From Acidimicrobiales bacterium (GTDB taxonomy: Bacteria; Actinomycetota; Acidimicrobiia; Acidimicrobiales; Bog-793), in contig JBEKBX010000004.1 of assembly GCA_050015175.1 (NCBI GenBank), forward strand, positions 56,104-120,103: DNA of 64,000 bases, written 5' to 3'. The stretch's first letter is position 1, and each line of letters starts with the position of its first letter. Positions 28,633 through 37,547 of this stretch are shown here, piece by piece. The notes beneath the pieces were generated by a model. It was not told where the DNA came from. It made no database searches and saw only the letters and a program-made list of their open reading frames with translations. A program made the translations under genes and the position numbers.

Positions 28633-31419
28633 TCACAGGCCGTAGAAGAGGCGCTCGACCACTTTGCGGCAGCGCCTGGTCACCCGGCGGTAGGACTCGC
28701 GGAGCTCGGTCGGGGTCGTCCCGAGGCTTCTCGCAAGACGCGACTGGAGCCGGGGCTGGCGCGGCATGGCGTCCGCGCCGGCGCCGGCCACTCCTCCGGC
28801 GCCGGCGACGTAGCTCCCCACGAGATGCCATCGGTTCCTCGTCCTCGCGCAGAAGCGGTAGGCGTCCCTCAGCGCGGCGGCGTCCCCGGGATCGAGCGCC
28901 CCGGCACGCTCGAGCAGGTCCAGCGCTTCACGGGTCCCGGTCGCCGGGGTGCCAGTCCGGAGCTGGAGCAGCTGTGCGGTCCACTCCACGTCGCTGAGCG
29001 AGCCGCGGCCGAGCTTCAGGTGGAATTGCGGATCGTCGCTGGGCGGGATCCGTTCGCGCTCGATCCGGGCCTTCATCCTGCGTATCTCCCGCTCGGCGGC
29101 CTCGTCGAGCGGGGCGGACCACACGGCCTGGGCGGCCAGCACCGCGAAGCGCTCGACGACCTCGTCATCGCCCGCGACCGGCCGGGCGCGCAACAGGGCC
29201 TGGCGCTCCCAGGTCTCGCCCCACCGCTGGTGGTAGCGCTCGAAAGCGTCGAGGCTGCGGGCGAGCGGGCCCTGCCTGCCCTCCGGGCGTAGCGACGCGT
29301 CGATCCGGACGATCCCCTCGGCGGGAGTCGACCCGTTGCACAGCCGGAACAGCGCCGCCGCCGCCCGTTCGGCCGCCTCCATGTCCGAAGCGGTCTTCCC
29401 CTCGTACACAACCAGCACGTCGAGGTCGCTCCCGTAGGCGATCTCCGCGCCGCCGAAGCTCCCCATCGCGATGACGGCCATCGGAACGCCGGGTGAGACC
29501 GCGTGCAGGCCGGCGGCGACGACCGCCGCCCCGAGATCGGCGAGGGCGCGCCCGGTCTCGTTCAGGCTCGCGAGGTCGAGGAGGTCCCGAGCGGCGATCC
29601 GGACGGTCTCGGTCTCGAAGAAGTGCCGCAGCGCTCCCGGGCGCCGGTAGGGCCCCTGATCCGCGGCGATCATGGCACTGTGGACGAGCCGATCCGGATC
29701 GAGGGCGGCGAGAGCGGCCCTGTCGTCGAGCAGCTCGACGAAATCGGGGTGCCGGGCGATGATCTCGCCGAGCCGGCGGCTCGTTCCGAGCAGCAGGCAC
29801 AGCCGCCGGGCGACCTCTGGCGACTCCCGGAACGCCGTCACGAGCAGGTCACGTCGGTGCGGGGCACCGGCGAGGGTTCGCAGCCCGACGAGACCCTGGT
29901 CTGGGTCCGGGGATTCCGAGAGCCAGTCGAGCAGCAGGGGCAACAGCTGCTGCATCAGCCTCGACGAGCGCGTGAGGCCCCGGGTGAGCTCGTTCAAAGC
30001 CTGGCGGGTCCGGTCGGCGTCGGCGAAACCGAATGCAGCAAGTCGCTCCTCGGCGGCACCGGACTCCAGGCCGTGCTCGCCTCCGGCCTGGTAGTCGTGG
30101 CGGGGAGCGAGCACTTGTGCCGGGCCGGCGGCGAACGCCTCGAGGAGGGGCCTGAAGAACAGTCGCTCGTGGATCGCCCTTCCCGTGCCCTGGTGGCGGG
30201 CGAGGACGGCGTCGAAGCGCTCGCCCGGAGTCTCCCGCGGCCGGCCCCTGAAACCGAGCACCCGAGCGAGACGGTCCCGAGAGGGCCGGTCGGCGGGCAC
30301 GGTGTGGACCTGCGCCTCTTCGACGAGCTGGAGACGGTGCTCGACCGTGCGCAGGAAACGGTAGGCGATCGCGAGCGCCGCGGCGTCCTCGGCCGCCACG
30401 TACCCGGCGTCCGCCAGCTCGGCGAGGCACGGCAGCGTCGCCCTCAGCCGGAGGGCCGGGTCGCGGCCGCCGTGGACCAGCTGCAGGAGCTGCACGGAGA
30501 ACTCCACGTCCCGGATCCCGCCGCGGCCCCGTTTGAGCTCGCGGTGGTCGAGGCCCCGCTTCGCGACGATCGCCTCCGCCCGGGCCTTCATCGTCCGCAG
30601 CTCGGCGAGGTCGTCGGCTCCGAACCGGCGGGACCACAGGTGCTCCGACGCCGCCTCCTCGAACAGCCGCCCGGTGGCCGGGTCGCCCGCGGAGTGGCGC
30701 GCCTTCAAGAGTGCCTGGAACTCCCAGGGGCGGGCCCACCGGTCCCAGTACGCGACGTAGGAGTCGACGGACCGGACGAGCACGCCGGAGCGCCCCTCGG
30801 GGCGGAGGTTGGTGTCGATGCGGAACGCCCGGGAGCCGATCGCTACGACCGAGCGTGCGATCCCAGGGTCGACGCCGGCGGCGTCCGAGGCGACGAGGAG
30901 GATGTCGATGTCGCTCGAGTAGTTGAGCTCCTCCGCCCCGTGCTTGCCCATGGCGATGACGGCGAGCCCGTTGTCCGCCCCGGCGAGGCGGATCGCGCCG
31001 GCGAGGACCCGATCGGCGATGATCGACAGCGAGCCGGTCACCTGCTCGAGATCGCTCAGGCCGTTCAGGTCCTTTGCCGCGACCTCGAGCAGACAAAGGT
31101 GCTTGCGGCGCACGAGGTCCTCGACGTCGTCGGCTCGGGCAGGGTCCCACCGCATCGGGCCGGGGGCGTCGAGCGGCCCCGGCGAGGGTGCGTCGAGTTC
31201 CGCGAGCACGTCGAGGGCCGCAGGGTCGGTGACGATGACGCGCGACAACGAGTGGCTGGCGGCTGCGACCGCCGCGAACCTGGCGGCGAGGGCGGGCTCG
31301 GACTCCAGTCGTTCGCGGGCTTGGGGGAAGGCGGCGAAAAGCTGGTCGGCCACCAATCTGACCGAGTCGGGAGCCGCAGACCCGCGGACGAGCTCGTCGA
31401 GCAGCTGTGGCGGTGGCAT
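28633..31419 (-). CDS. glnE: Glutamine synthetase adenylyltransferase/deadenylase
   Basis: Two nucleotidyltransferase motifs (MGKHGAEELNYSSDID, MGSFGGAEIAYGSDLD), LRPEGR twice, WEFQAL/WERQAL, GGIRDVEF. Confidence 0.95.
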   Translation of the reverse strand: MPPPQLLDELVRGSAAPDSVRLVADQLFAAFPQARERLESEPALAARFAAVAAASHSLSRVIVTDPAALDVLAELDAPSPGPLDAPGPMRWDPARADDVEDLVRRKHLCLLEVAAKDLNGLSDLEQVTGSLSIIADRVLAGAIRLAGADNGLAVIAMGKHGAEELNYSSDIDILLVASDAAGVDPGIARSVVAIGSRAFRIDTNLRPEGRSGVLVRSVDSYVAYWDRWARPWEFQALLKARHSAGDPATGRLFEEAASEHLWSRRFGADDLAELRTMKARAEAIVAKRGLDHRELKRGRGGIRDVEFSVQLLQLVHGGRDPALRLRATLPCLAELADAGYVAAEDAAALAIAYRFLRTVEHRLQLVEEAQVHTVPADRPSRDRLARVLGFRGRPRETPGERFDAVLARHQGTGRAIHERLFFRPLLEAFAAGPAQVLAPRHDYQAGGEHGLESGAAEERLAAFGFADADRTRQALNELTRGLTRSSRLMQQLLPLLLDWLSESPDPDQGLVGLRTLAGAPHRRDLLVTAFRESPEVARRLCLLLGTSRRLGEIIARHPDFVELLDDRAALAALDPDRLVHSAMIAADQGPYRRPGALRHFFETETVRIAARDLLDLASLNETGRALADLGAAVVAAGLHAVSPGVPMAVIAMGSFGGAEIAYGSDLDVLVVYEGKTASDMEAAERAAAALFRLCNGSTPAEGIVRIDASLRPEGRQGPLARSLDAFERYHQRWGETWERQALLRARPVAGDDEVVERFAVLAAQAVWSAPLDEAAEREIRRMKARIERERIPPSDDPQFHLKLGRGSLSDVEWTAQLLQLRTGTPATGTREALDLLERAGALDPGDAAALRDAYRFCARTRNRWHLVGSYVAGAGGVAGAGADAMPRQPRLQSRLARSLGTTPTELRESYRRVTRRCRKVVERLFYGL

Positions 31420-31517
31420 AGGTAGGCAGTCCTCTGCACGCAGGCTAGTGTCCGCGGCGCCGGCCAGCTCTTGAGCGCTCGATGTTTGCCGTGCACAGCG
31501 CCGGTAGGCTTGCGGCC

Positions 31518-33341
31518 GTGGGCAACTTGCGCATCGCGCTTTGCCAGTTGGACGCCACCGTCGGCGACCTCGAGGGCAACGCGGAAAAGGTGATCGCGCA
31601 GCTCGCCCAGGCCGAGGCAGCGGGTGCCCGTCTGGCAGTGTTCCCAGAGCTCGTGCTCACCGGTTACCCGCCGGAGGATCTCCTGTTGGAGCCGAGTTTC
31701 GTGGAGGGCAACCTGCTCGCGCTCGAGAAGGTCGCGGCCGCCACCCAGCACTGCGCTGCTGTCGTCGGCTTCGTGGAGGAGGAAGCGGATCTCTACAATG
31801 CCGCCGCCGTATGCGCCGAGGGAACGGTGCGCGCCGTCGTCCGCAAGGAGCTGCTCCCCAACTACGGGGTCTTCGACGAGCGGCGCTACTTCGCTCCGGG
31901 AGCCAAGGCGGACCGGCTCTTCCTGATCGGAGGCGTCCGCGTGGGGGTGACCGTGTGCGAGGACGCCTGGAGCCCGTCCGGGCCGGTCGGCCGCCTTGGC
32001 GAGGGTGGCGCGGAGCTCGTCGTGACGATCAACGCGTCGCCGTACCGCGCGGGCATCCTCGCTCAGCGCGAGCGCATGATCGCCACCCGCGCCGCCGACG
32101 CCTCCTGCGCGCTCGCCTACGTCAACCTCGTCGGCGGCCAGGACGAGCTCGTCTTCGACGGCGCCTCCATGGTCTTCGACCACGACGGAGACCTCGTCGC
32201 GTCGGCCCCGCAGTTCCGTGAGGCGCTCGTCGTGTGCGACCTCCCGATCCGCCCTGTGTTCCGCAAGCGGCTCTTGGACCCGCGCGGCCACGAGAGCATG
32301 TCGCCACTGCCGTTGCTGACGGTCACGCAGGCGCCTCAGGCGCCTGTTGCCGGCGGGGCCGCGAGCCCCGGGGGGCACTTCACCCCGTTGACGCCGGTAG
32401 CGCCCCGCCTGGACCGTGTGGCCGAGGTCTACGAGGCGCTCGTGCTCGGTACCTCCGACTACGTCCGCAAGAACGGGTTCAGCGAAGTGCTCGTGGGACT
32501 GTCAGGAGGCGTCGACTCGTCGCTGGTGACCACGATCGCGGCCGACGCTCTCGGAGCCGAGCGCGTGCACGGCGTGTTGATGCCGTCGCGCTTCTCGTCC
32601 ACCGGCTCGATCGAGGACGCGTCGTCGCTTGTCTCGAACCTGGGAATCGGCACTACCACTGTCGGTATCGAGGCTGCCCACAGCGTGCTGTTGGAGATGC
32701 TCGGCCCCGTGTTCGGCGCCGGCGACCCTCCAGGGGGCCTCGCGGGGGAGAACCTCCAGGCACGCATACGCGGGATCATCCTGATGGCGATCTCCAACGA
32801 GCGGGGATGGCTCGTGCTGACCACCGGCAACAAGAGCGAGATGGCCGTCGGCTACGCCACCTTGTACGGGGACATGGCGGGCGGCTACGCGGTGCTGAAG
32901 GACGTCCCGAAGACCCTCGTCTACCAGCTGTGCGAGCACAGGAATTCCGGCGCGGGCCGCGACCTGATCCCCCGGGCCGTGATCGTCAAGCCTCCCTCGG
33001 CCGAGCTGCGACCGGACCAGCGCGACGACGACAGCCTGCCTCCCTACGCCGTCCTGGACCCGATCCTCGAGGGCTACGTCGAGCGCGACCTCACGGTCTT
33101 TGACCTGGTCAGCGAGGGCTTCGACGCCGCGACGGTGCGCAGGGTCATCGATCTCGTCGATCACGCCGAGTACAAACGGCGCCAGGCTCCTCCAGGACCG
33201 CGGGTCACGAGTCGTGGTTTCGGCAAGGACCGGCGGATGCCGATCACGAACCGGTTCCGGGCGTCCGCCGGGACCGCGGCCGGGCCGGTTGACCGCCTCG
33301 GTGCACCCGAGGGCCCCGATCGGGACCCGCACGCCCGATGA
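31518..33341 (+). CDS. nadE: Glutamine-dependent NAD+ synthetase
   Basis: Nitrilase domain (FPEL..TGYPPEDL, LPNYGVFDE, VCED) plus synthase domain (LSGGVDS, ENLQARIRG, NKSE..VGYATLYGD, PSAEL, EYKRRQ). Confidence 0.95.
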   Translation: MGNLRIALCQLDATVGDLEGNAEKVIAQLAQAEAAGARLAVFPELVLTGYPPEDLLLEPSFVEGNLLALEKVAAATQHCAAVVGFVEEEADLYNAAAVCAEGTVRAVVRKELLPNYGVFDERRYFAPGAKADRLFLIGGVRVGVTVCEDAWSPSGPVGRLGEGGAELVVTINASPYRAGILAQRERMIATRAADASCALAYVNLVGGQDELVFDGASMVFDHDGDLVASAPQFREALVVCDLPIRPVFRKRLLDPRGHESMSPLPLLTVTQAPQAPVAGGAASPGGHFTPLTPVAPRLDRVAEVYEALVLGTSDYVRKNGFSEVLVGLSGGVDSSLVTTIAADALGAERVHGVLMPSRFSSTGSIEDASSLVSNLGIGTTTVGIEAAHSVLLEMLGPVFGAGDPPGGLAGENLQARIRGIILMAISNERGWLVLTTGNKSEMAVGYATLYGDMAGGYAVLKDVPKTLVYQLCEHRNSGAGRDLIPRAVIVKPPSAELRPDQRDDDSLPPYAVLDPILEGYVERDLTVFDLVSEGFDAATVRRVIDLVDHAEYKRRQAPPGPRVTSRGFGKDRRMPITNRFRASAGTAAGPVDRLGAPEGPDRDPHAR

Positions 33342-33624
33342 ACCTCAGGGCTGCGACGGGCGTCTCGCCCGGACGGGGCCGGAGTGATCGCAGGCTCGTG
33401 AGACGCCTCGCCTTTAGCACGGCGGCGCTGCCAGGGCAAGGACCCGCGGACGGCCAAGCTTGACTCCACCGTTACACTTACGTTCGAGTAATGAAGCAGC
33501 GCAAGGTTCGCTGACCGGCGCGGTGTGGGGCAGCGACGGTCGACGCGCATGGTTCTGCCTACGCGTCAACAACTTCGGAACAGCGTGAAGCTGTACCGGC
33601 CGAACCCACGGAGGCTTTTGTATC

Positions 33625-34563
33625 TTGGCGAAAGAGCGAGTTGAGCGCGACGAAGAGGATCTCGTCAGGCTTTATCTGACCGATATCGGCCAGTATCCGC
33701 TGCTCACAAAGGACGACGAGGTTCGCCTCGCTCAGGCAATCGAGGCCCGCTGGGGTGCCGAGGACGAACTGAGGTCGAAGTCCAAGGGAATGACCCCCAC
33801 CAGGCGCCGCGAGCTCAACCGGAAGGTCCGAGAGGGCGAGATGGCCCAGCGGACCTTCGTCCAGTCGAACCTTCGTTTGGTGGTTTCGATCGCGAAGAAA
33901 TATCAAGCATCCGGGTTGCCGTTGCTGGACCTGATACAAGAGGGCAACCTCGGTCTGATGCACGCTGTCGAGAAGTTCGATTGGCGCAAGGGCTTCAAGT
34001 TCTCGACGTACGCAACATGGTGGATCCGACAGGCGATTACCCGTGGCATTGCCAATACGGGACGGACGATCCGGCTCCCCGTTCATGCGGGAGACACCCT
34101 GGCCAGAGTGCAGAAGGCACAGGCCCGACTCGAGCTCAAACTTGGTCGGCCGGCGACGCTGGTCGAGCTCGGGATCGAGGTGGAGCTGCCGGAGGACAAG
34201 CTGATCGAGGCGCTCAGGTTCCGCGCCGAGCCCCTGTCGCTGTCCGAGCCGCTACGCGAGGACGGCGATGCCGAGCTCGGCGACGTCGTCGAGGACCGCT
34301 CGGCCGAGTCTCCGTTCGAGGTTGCCGCGACTGCGCTACTGCCGCTCGAGATCAACCGCCTGCTCGCCCCGCTCGACGAGCGGGAGCGTGAGATCCTCAA
34401 GCTGCGTTTCGGCCTGGACCGCGGCGAGCCCCGCACGCTGGAAGAGGTCGGGGAGCACTTCAACCTCACCCGCGAGCGGATACGCCAGATCGAGGCGCGT
34501 GCGATGTCGAAGCTGAGGCACCCCTCGAGCGACACCGGCGCTCGGGACCTTCTGACCGTCTGA
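33625..34563 (+). CDS. Sigma70 factor, primary-like group 2 (no region 1.1)
   Basis: DLVRLYL, NLRLVVSIAKKY, DLIQEGNLGL, KFSTYATWWIRQAI, RTLEEVG..FNLTRERIRQIE. GGAGG RBS before TTG. Confidence 0.93.
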   Translation: MAKERVERDEEDLVRLYLTDIGQYPLLTKDDEVRLAQAIEARWGAEDELRSKSKGMTPTRRRELNRKVREGEMAQRTFVQSNLRLVVSIAKKYQASGLPLLDLIQEGNLGLMHAVEKFDWRKGFKFSTYATWWIRQAITRGIANTGRTIRLPVHAGDTLARVQKAQARLELKLGRPATLVELGIEVELPEDKLIEALRFRAEPLSLSEPLREDGDAELGDVVEDRSAESPFEVAATALLPLEINRLLAPLDEREREILKLRFGLDRGEPRTLEEVGEHFNLTRERIRQIEARAMSKLRHPSSDTGARDLLTV

Positions 34564-34777
34564 CCCGCGGCCCTCACCGACTTGTCGGCGCGGGCCCGCC
34601 CGGTTGGTCGCCGCCGCTCGCGGTGATCCCCCTTTAGGTTGCGAGCAGGCGGACTTGAGAGACGCAGTTCCCTCCGGGGCCGCCCTTCGCGCCTCCATGC
34701 GAACCGCGCGCCCGCTGAATTCCCAAGGCGGCCACCAAAACCGCTCGGGGCCGGGCCAGGCTGGCTACGATCGCGCC

Positions 34778-34855
34778 ATGATCAAGAAGCTTGTGATACT
34801 GGCTCTCCTCGTCGCGCTGGGTGTGATAGCGGCGAAGCGCCTCCGCGGGGACTGA
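34778..34855 (+). CDS. 25-aa single-helix membrane microprotein
   Basis: MIKKLVILALLVALGVIAAKRLRGD; TACGAT -10 six nt upstream. Confidence 0.6.
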   Translation: MIKKLVILALLVALGVIAAKRLRGD

Positions 34856-34882
34856 CCGGCCGGCAGGGCGCGCAGGCGCGGG

Positions 34883-36043
34883 TCAGGTCTCGTGCCTGCG
34901 CGAGCCCAGCCACCAGCCTGCCGCGGCGGCTCCGACGCCGAGAGCGACGGCGCCCGCCGACACCGCGATCGCTGGGCGTGGGGGCACGGCCCCGATCCGG
35001 TCGCGGACCCGGCTCCAGAGGCTGACCGTCTGGCTGAAGTGGAGGACTTCGAAGTCGTGCTCGCGCGCGTACCGGTTCAGCACTCGGTCCGGGTTCACTG
35101 CCACGGGGTGGCCGACGGCCTCCAGCATGGGTAGGTCGGTGTAGGAGTCGGTGTACGCGTACGAAGCGGCGAGGTCGATGCCGCGTTCGGCCGCGAGTGC
35201 GTCCATCGCCTCGGCCTTGAAGGGCCCGAAGGCGTAGAACTGCATCGAGCCGGTGTATCGGCCCTCGTCGTCCACCCGCGCCCGGCTCGCGATGTAGTCG
35301 TCCGCACCGAGGAACCTGCTGAGCGGGGTGACTATCTCCTCGGGCGACGCCGAGACGATCACGACCAGGCGCCCTTGCTCGCGGTGCCAGTCGATCAGGT
35401 CGGCAGCCTCCGCGAAGATGATCGGCTCGACGATCGCCTCGATCGCCTCGGCGACGATCTCGCAGACCCGGTCGCGGTGCCAGCCCTTGATCAGCTTGAG
35501 GACGCTCTCGCGGATGCGGTTGAGCTTCTGCTCGCTCGCCCCGAGGTGCAGATAGACGAGCTCGCCGTAAAGGGCGCGCAGCACCGTCCGGCGGTTGATC
35601 AGGCCGCCATGGTAGAAAGGCCGGCCGAACGCGACCATCGACGCCTTCGCGATGACCGTCTTGTCGAGGTCGAAGAACGCCGCCTGAAGCGGTCCGTAGC
35701 TGGCGGGGACGGGCCGTTTGGCGCCGTGCACGACCTCGCCGGGGCTCTCGCCGGCCCCCACCTGCCCGTCGCCGGCGACCGTGTCGGTCCCCTCGCCGGG
35801 CGCCGCGGCGTCGGTGCCACGGCGATGGCGGCCGCGGTTGCGGCTGCGGCGCCGTTTCGGCGCGGTCGGCTCAGGCAGTCCTCCGGGCTCGGCGGCCGCA
35901 GCTCCGTCTTCGGGCCCTTCCGGCCCCGCAGGTCCGGTCTGACCCGCCGGCTCGCCAGGCTCAGGCGGCAGGGCTTCCCCGGGCTGTCGCGGGGCCGGCT
36001 CAGGCTCCTGCGCGCCGCGCCCCTGTTCGGCAGCTCCGGTCAC
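34883..36043 (-). CDS. HAD-IB family hydrolase (Rv3661-like)
   Basis: AAFFDLDKTVIAK, VSAS, YTDSYTDLPML, VNPD; C-terminal TM; low-complexity N-terminus. Confidence 0.9.
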   Translation of the reverse strand: MTGAAEQGRGAQEPEPAPRQPGEALPPEPGEPAGQTGPAGPEGPEDGAAAAEPGGLPEPTAPKRRRSRNRGRHRRGTDAAAPGEGTDTVAGDGQVGAGESPGEVVHGAKRPVPASYGPLQAAFFDLDKTVIAKASMVAFGRPFYHGGLINRRTVLRALYGELVYLHLGASEQKLNRIRESVLKLIKGWHRDRVCEIVAEAIEAIVEPIIFAEAADLIDWHREQGRLVVIVSASPEEIVTPLSRFLGADDYIASRARVDDEGRYTGSMQFYAFGPFKAEAMDALAAERGIDLAASYAYTDSYTDLPMLEAVGHPVAVNPDRVLNRYAREHDFEVLHFSQTVSLWSRVRDRIGAVPPRPAIAVSAGAVALGVGAAAAGWWLGSRRHET

Positions 36044-36708
36044 GGGGCTTGGAGGAGAAGCGACCGGATCTCGTCGTCCTCACACTGAGCGCTGACGAGC
36101 AGCACGATCTCGTCCCCGACGACCAAGGGCGCGTCCGACCGGGGCACGACGACGTGGCCGTCCCGCACGAGAGCGACGACTGCCGCGCCACGGGGCAGCA
36201 TGAGCGACCCGAACTCGCTTCCGAGGACCGGCGAGTCCGCGTCCAATGTCACCTCCATCAAGCGGGTGTGGCCGCCTTCGAACTGCAGCAGGCGGACCAG
36301 CGTCCCGACCGAGACGGCCTCCTCAACAAGGCCCGCGAGCAGATGGGGGGTCGACACGGCGACGTCCACGCCCCACGTCTCGTTGAAGAGCCAGTGGTTC
36401 TTCGGGTGGTTCACCCTTGCGATCACCCTGGGAACCGCGAACTCCATCTTGGAGAGCTGCGACACGACGAGATTGTCCTCGTCGTCACCGGTCACGGCCA
36501 CGACGACGTCCATCTCGTCGAAATGGGCCGCCTGCAGGGCGGACACCTCACAGGCATCCGCCGTTATGTAGCGGACGCCCTCCACCGACGGCAACGATGC
36601 CAGGCGATCGGGATCCCGGTCTATCAGCACCACTTCATGGCCGCCTCGCGCAAGGTCGTCGGTGAGGAACCGGCCCACGTTGCCCGCACCCGCTATCGCC
36701 ACTTTCAC
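36040..36708 (-). CDS. trkA: TrkA-family RCK protein (RCK_N + RCK_C)
   Basis: GAGNVG, TGDDEDNL, VPRVIARVNHPKN.WLF...WGVD. Confidence 0.9.
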   Translation of the reverse strand: MKVAIAGAGNVGRFLTDDLARGGHEVVLIDRDPDRLASLPSVEGVRYITADACEVSALQAAHFDEMDVVVAVTGDDEDNLVVSQLSKMEFAVPRVIARVNHPKNHWLFNETWGVDVAVSTPHLLAGLVEEAVSVGTLVRLLQFEGGHTRLMEVTLDADSPVLGSEFGSLMLPRGAAVVALVRDGHVVVPRSDAPLVVGDEIVLLVSAQCEDDEIRSLLLQAP

Positions 36709-37397
36709 CCTTGGTTCCCCCCGTCCTCGGATCCCGCGACGAGCGATTCACCGGGGAACAATGTTTCGAGCTTGCCCTCCACGTCGTGGGTGACCACGAG
36801 GTGGAGGACGTCGCCCTCCTGCCCGACGAGATCGCCGACGTCGACGGTGGGTAGGCCCGCCCGCGTCACGGCCACGACGCGGATCCCGTCCCCGTGGAGG
36901 GCGGCCGGAGGCAACGGGCGTCCCTCCCACGCCCGGGGCAGCGGCTGCTCGATGAGGTGGAGGCGGCCGGTCGAGTCGGACCATTCGGTGACGGCGCGTT
37001 CGGGGAGGATCCGGCGCAGCACGTGGTCGATCGTCCAGGGGACCGTCGGCACCGTGGGTATCCCCAGTCGTTGGAAGATCTCGGCTCGGCGCGAGTCGTA
37101 GATCCGGGCCACCACGTTCGGTATCTCGTAGGTCTCGCGGGCGATCCGGGCACAGAGGATGTTCGAGTTGTCGCCGCTTGTGACTGCGGCGAGAGCATCG
37201 GCACGCTTCGCCCCGGCTTCTTCGAGGTGATCCCTGTCGAACCCGAAGCCGGCGATCCGTTGCCCCGGCCAGTCGGCCGGTAACCGGCGGAACGCGCGGG
37301 GAAGCTTGTCGATGATCGCCACCGTGTGGCCGGCGCTCGTGAGCTCCACGGCCAGTCCCGCGCCGGTCCTGCCGCACCCGACGACGATGACGTGCAT
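36705..37397 (-). CDS. trkA: TrkA-family RCK protein
   Basis: GCGRTG, TSGDNSNI, VVARIYD.RRAE..QRLGIPTV. Confidence 0.9.
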   Translation of the reverse strand: MHVIVVGCGRTGAGLAVELTSAGHTVAIIDKLPRAFRRLPADWPGQRIAGFGFDRDHLEEAGAKRADALAAVTSGDNSNILCARIARETYEIPNVVARIYDSRRAEIFQRLGIPTVPTVPWTIDHVLRRILPERAVTEWSDSTGRLHLIEQPLPRAWEGRPLPPAALHGDGIRVVAVTRAGLPTVDVGDLVGQEGDVLHLVVTHDVEGKLETLFPGESLVAGSEDGGNQG

Positions 37398-37547
37398 GAC
37401 ACCTATCGAACACCCGCGAGCGCGCCCGCACAACTCGCAGCTGCCTTGCCACAGCGGCCGGCGGTGGCGGAATTCAGGCGAGGCGCCAGGCGGGACGCGG
37501 CCTGGCCCGCCGATGGTCGCGAAGGCGACAAAGTACGCTCGGGGGTT

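Noticed and set aside
28633-33341. glnE divergent from nadE as a novel link
   Set aside because: glnE and nadE proximity is already familiar in Actinobacteria.
37398-37547. c-di-AMP (ydaO) riboswitch expected before a KimA-like gene
   Set aside because: The conserved GCTGAATCC, GGGGTGAATC and GTCAGCTAAC elements are absent, and a TACGCT -10 close to the start leaves no room for a leader.
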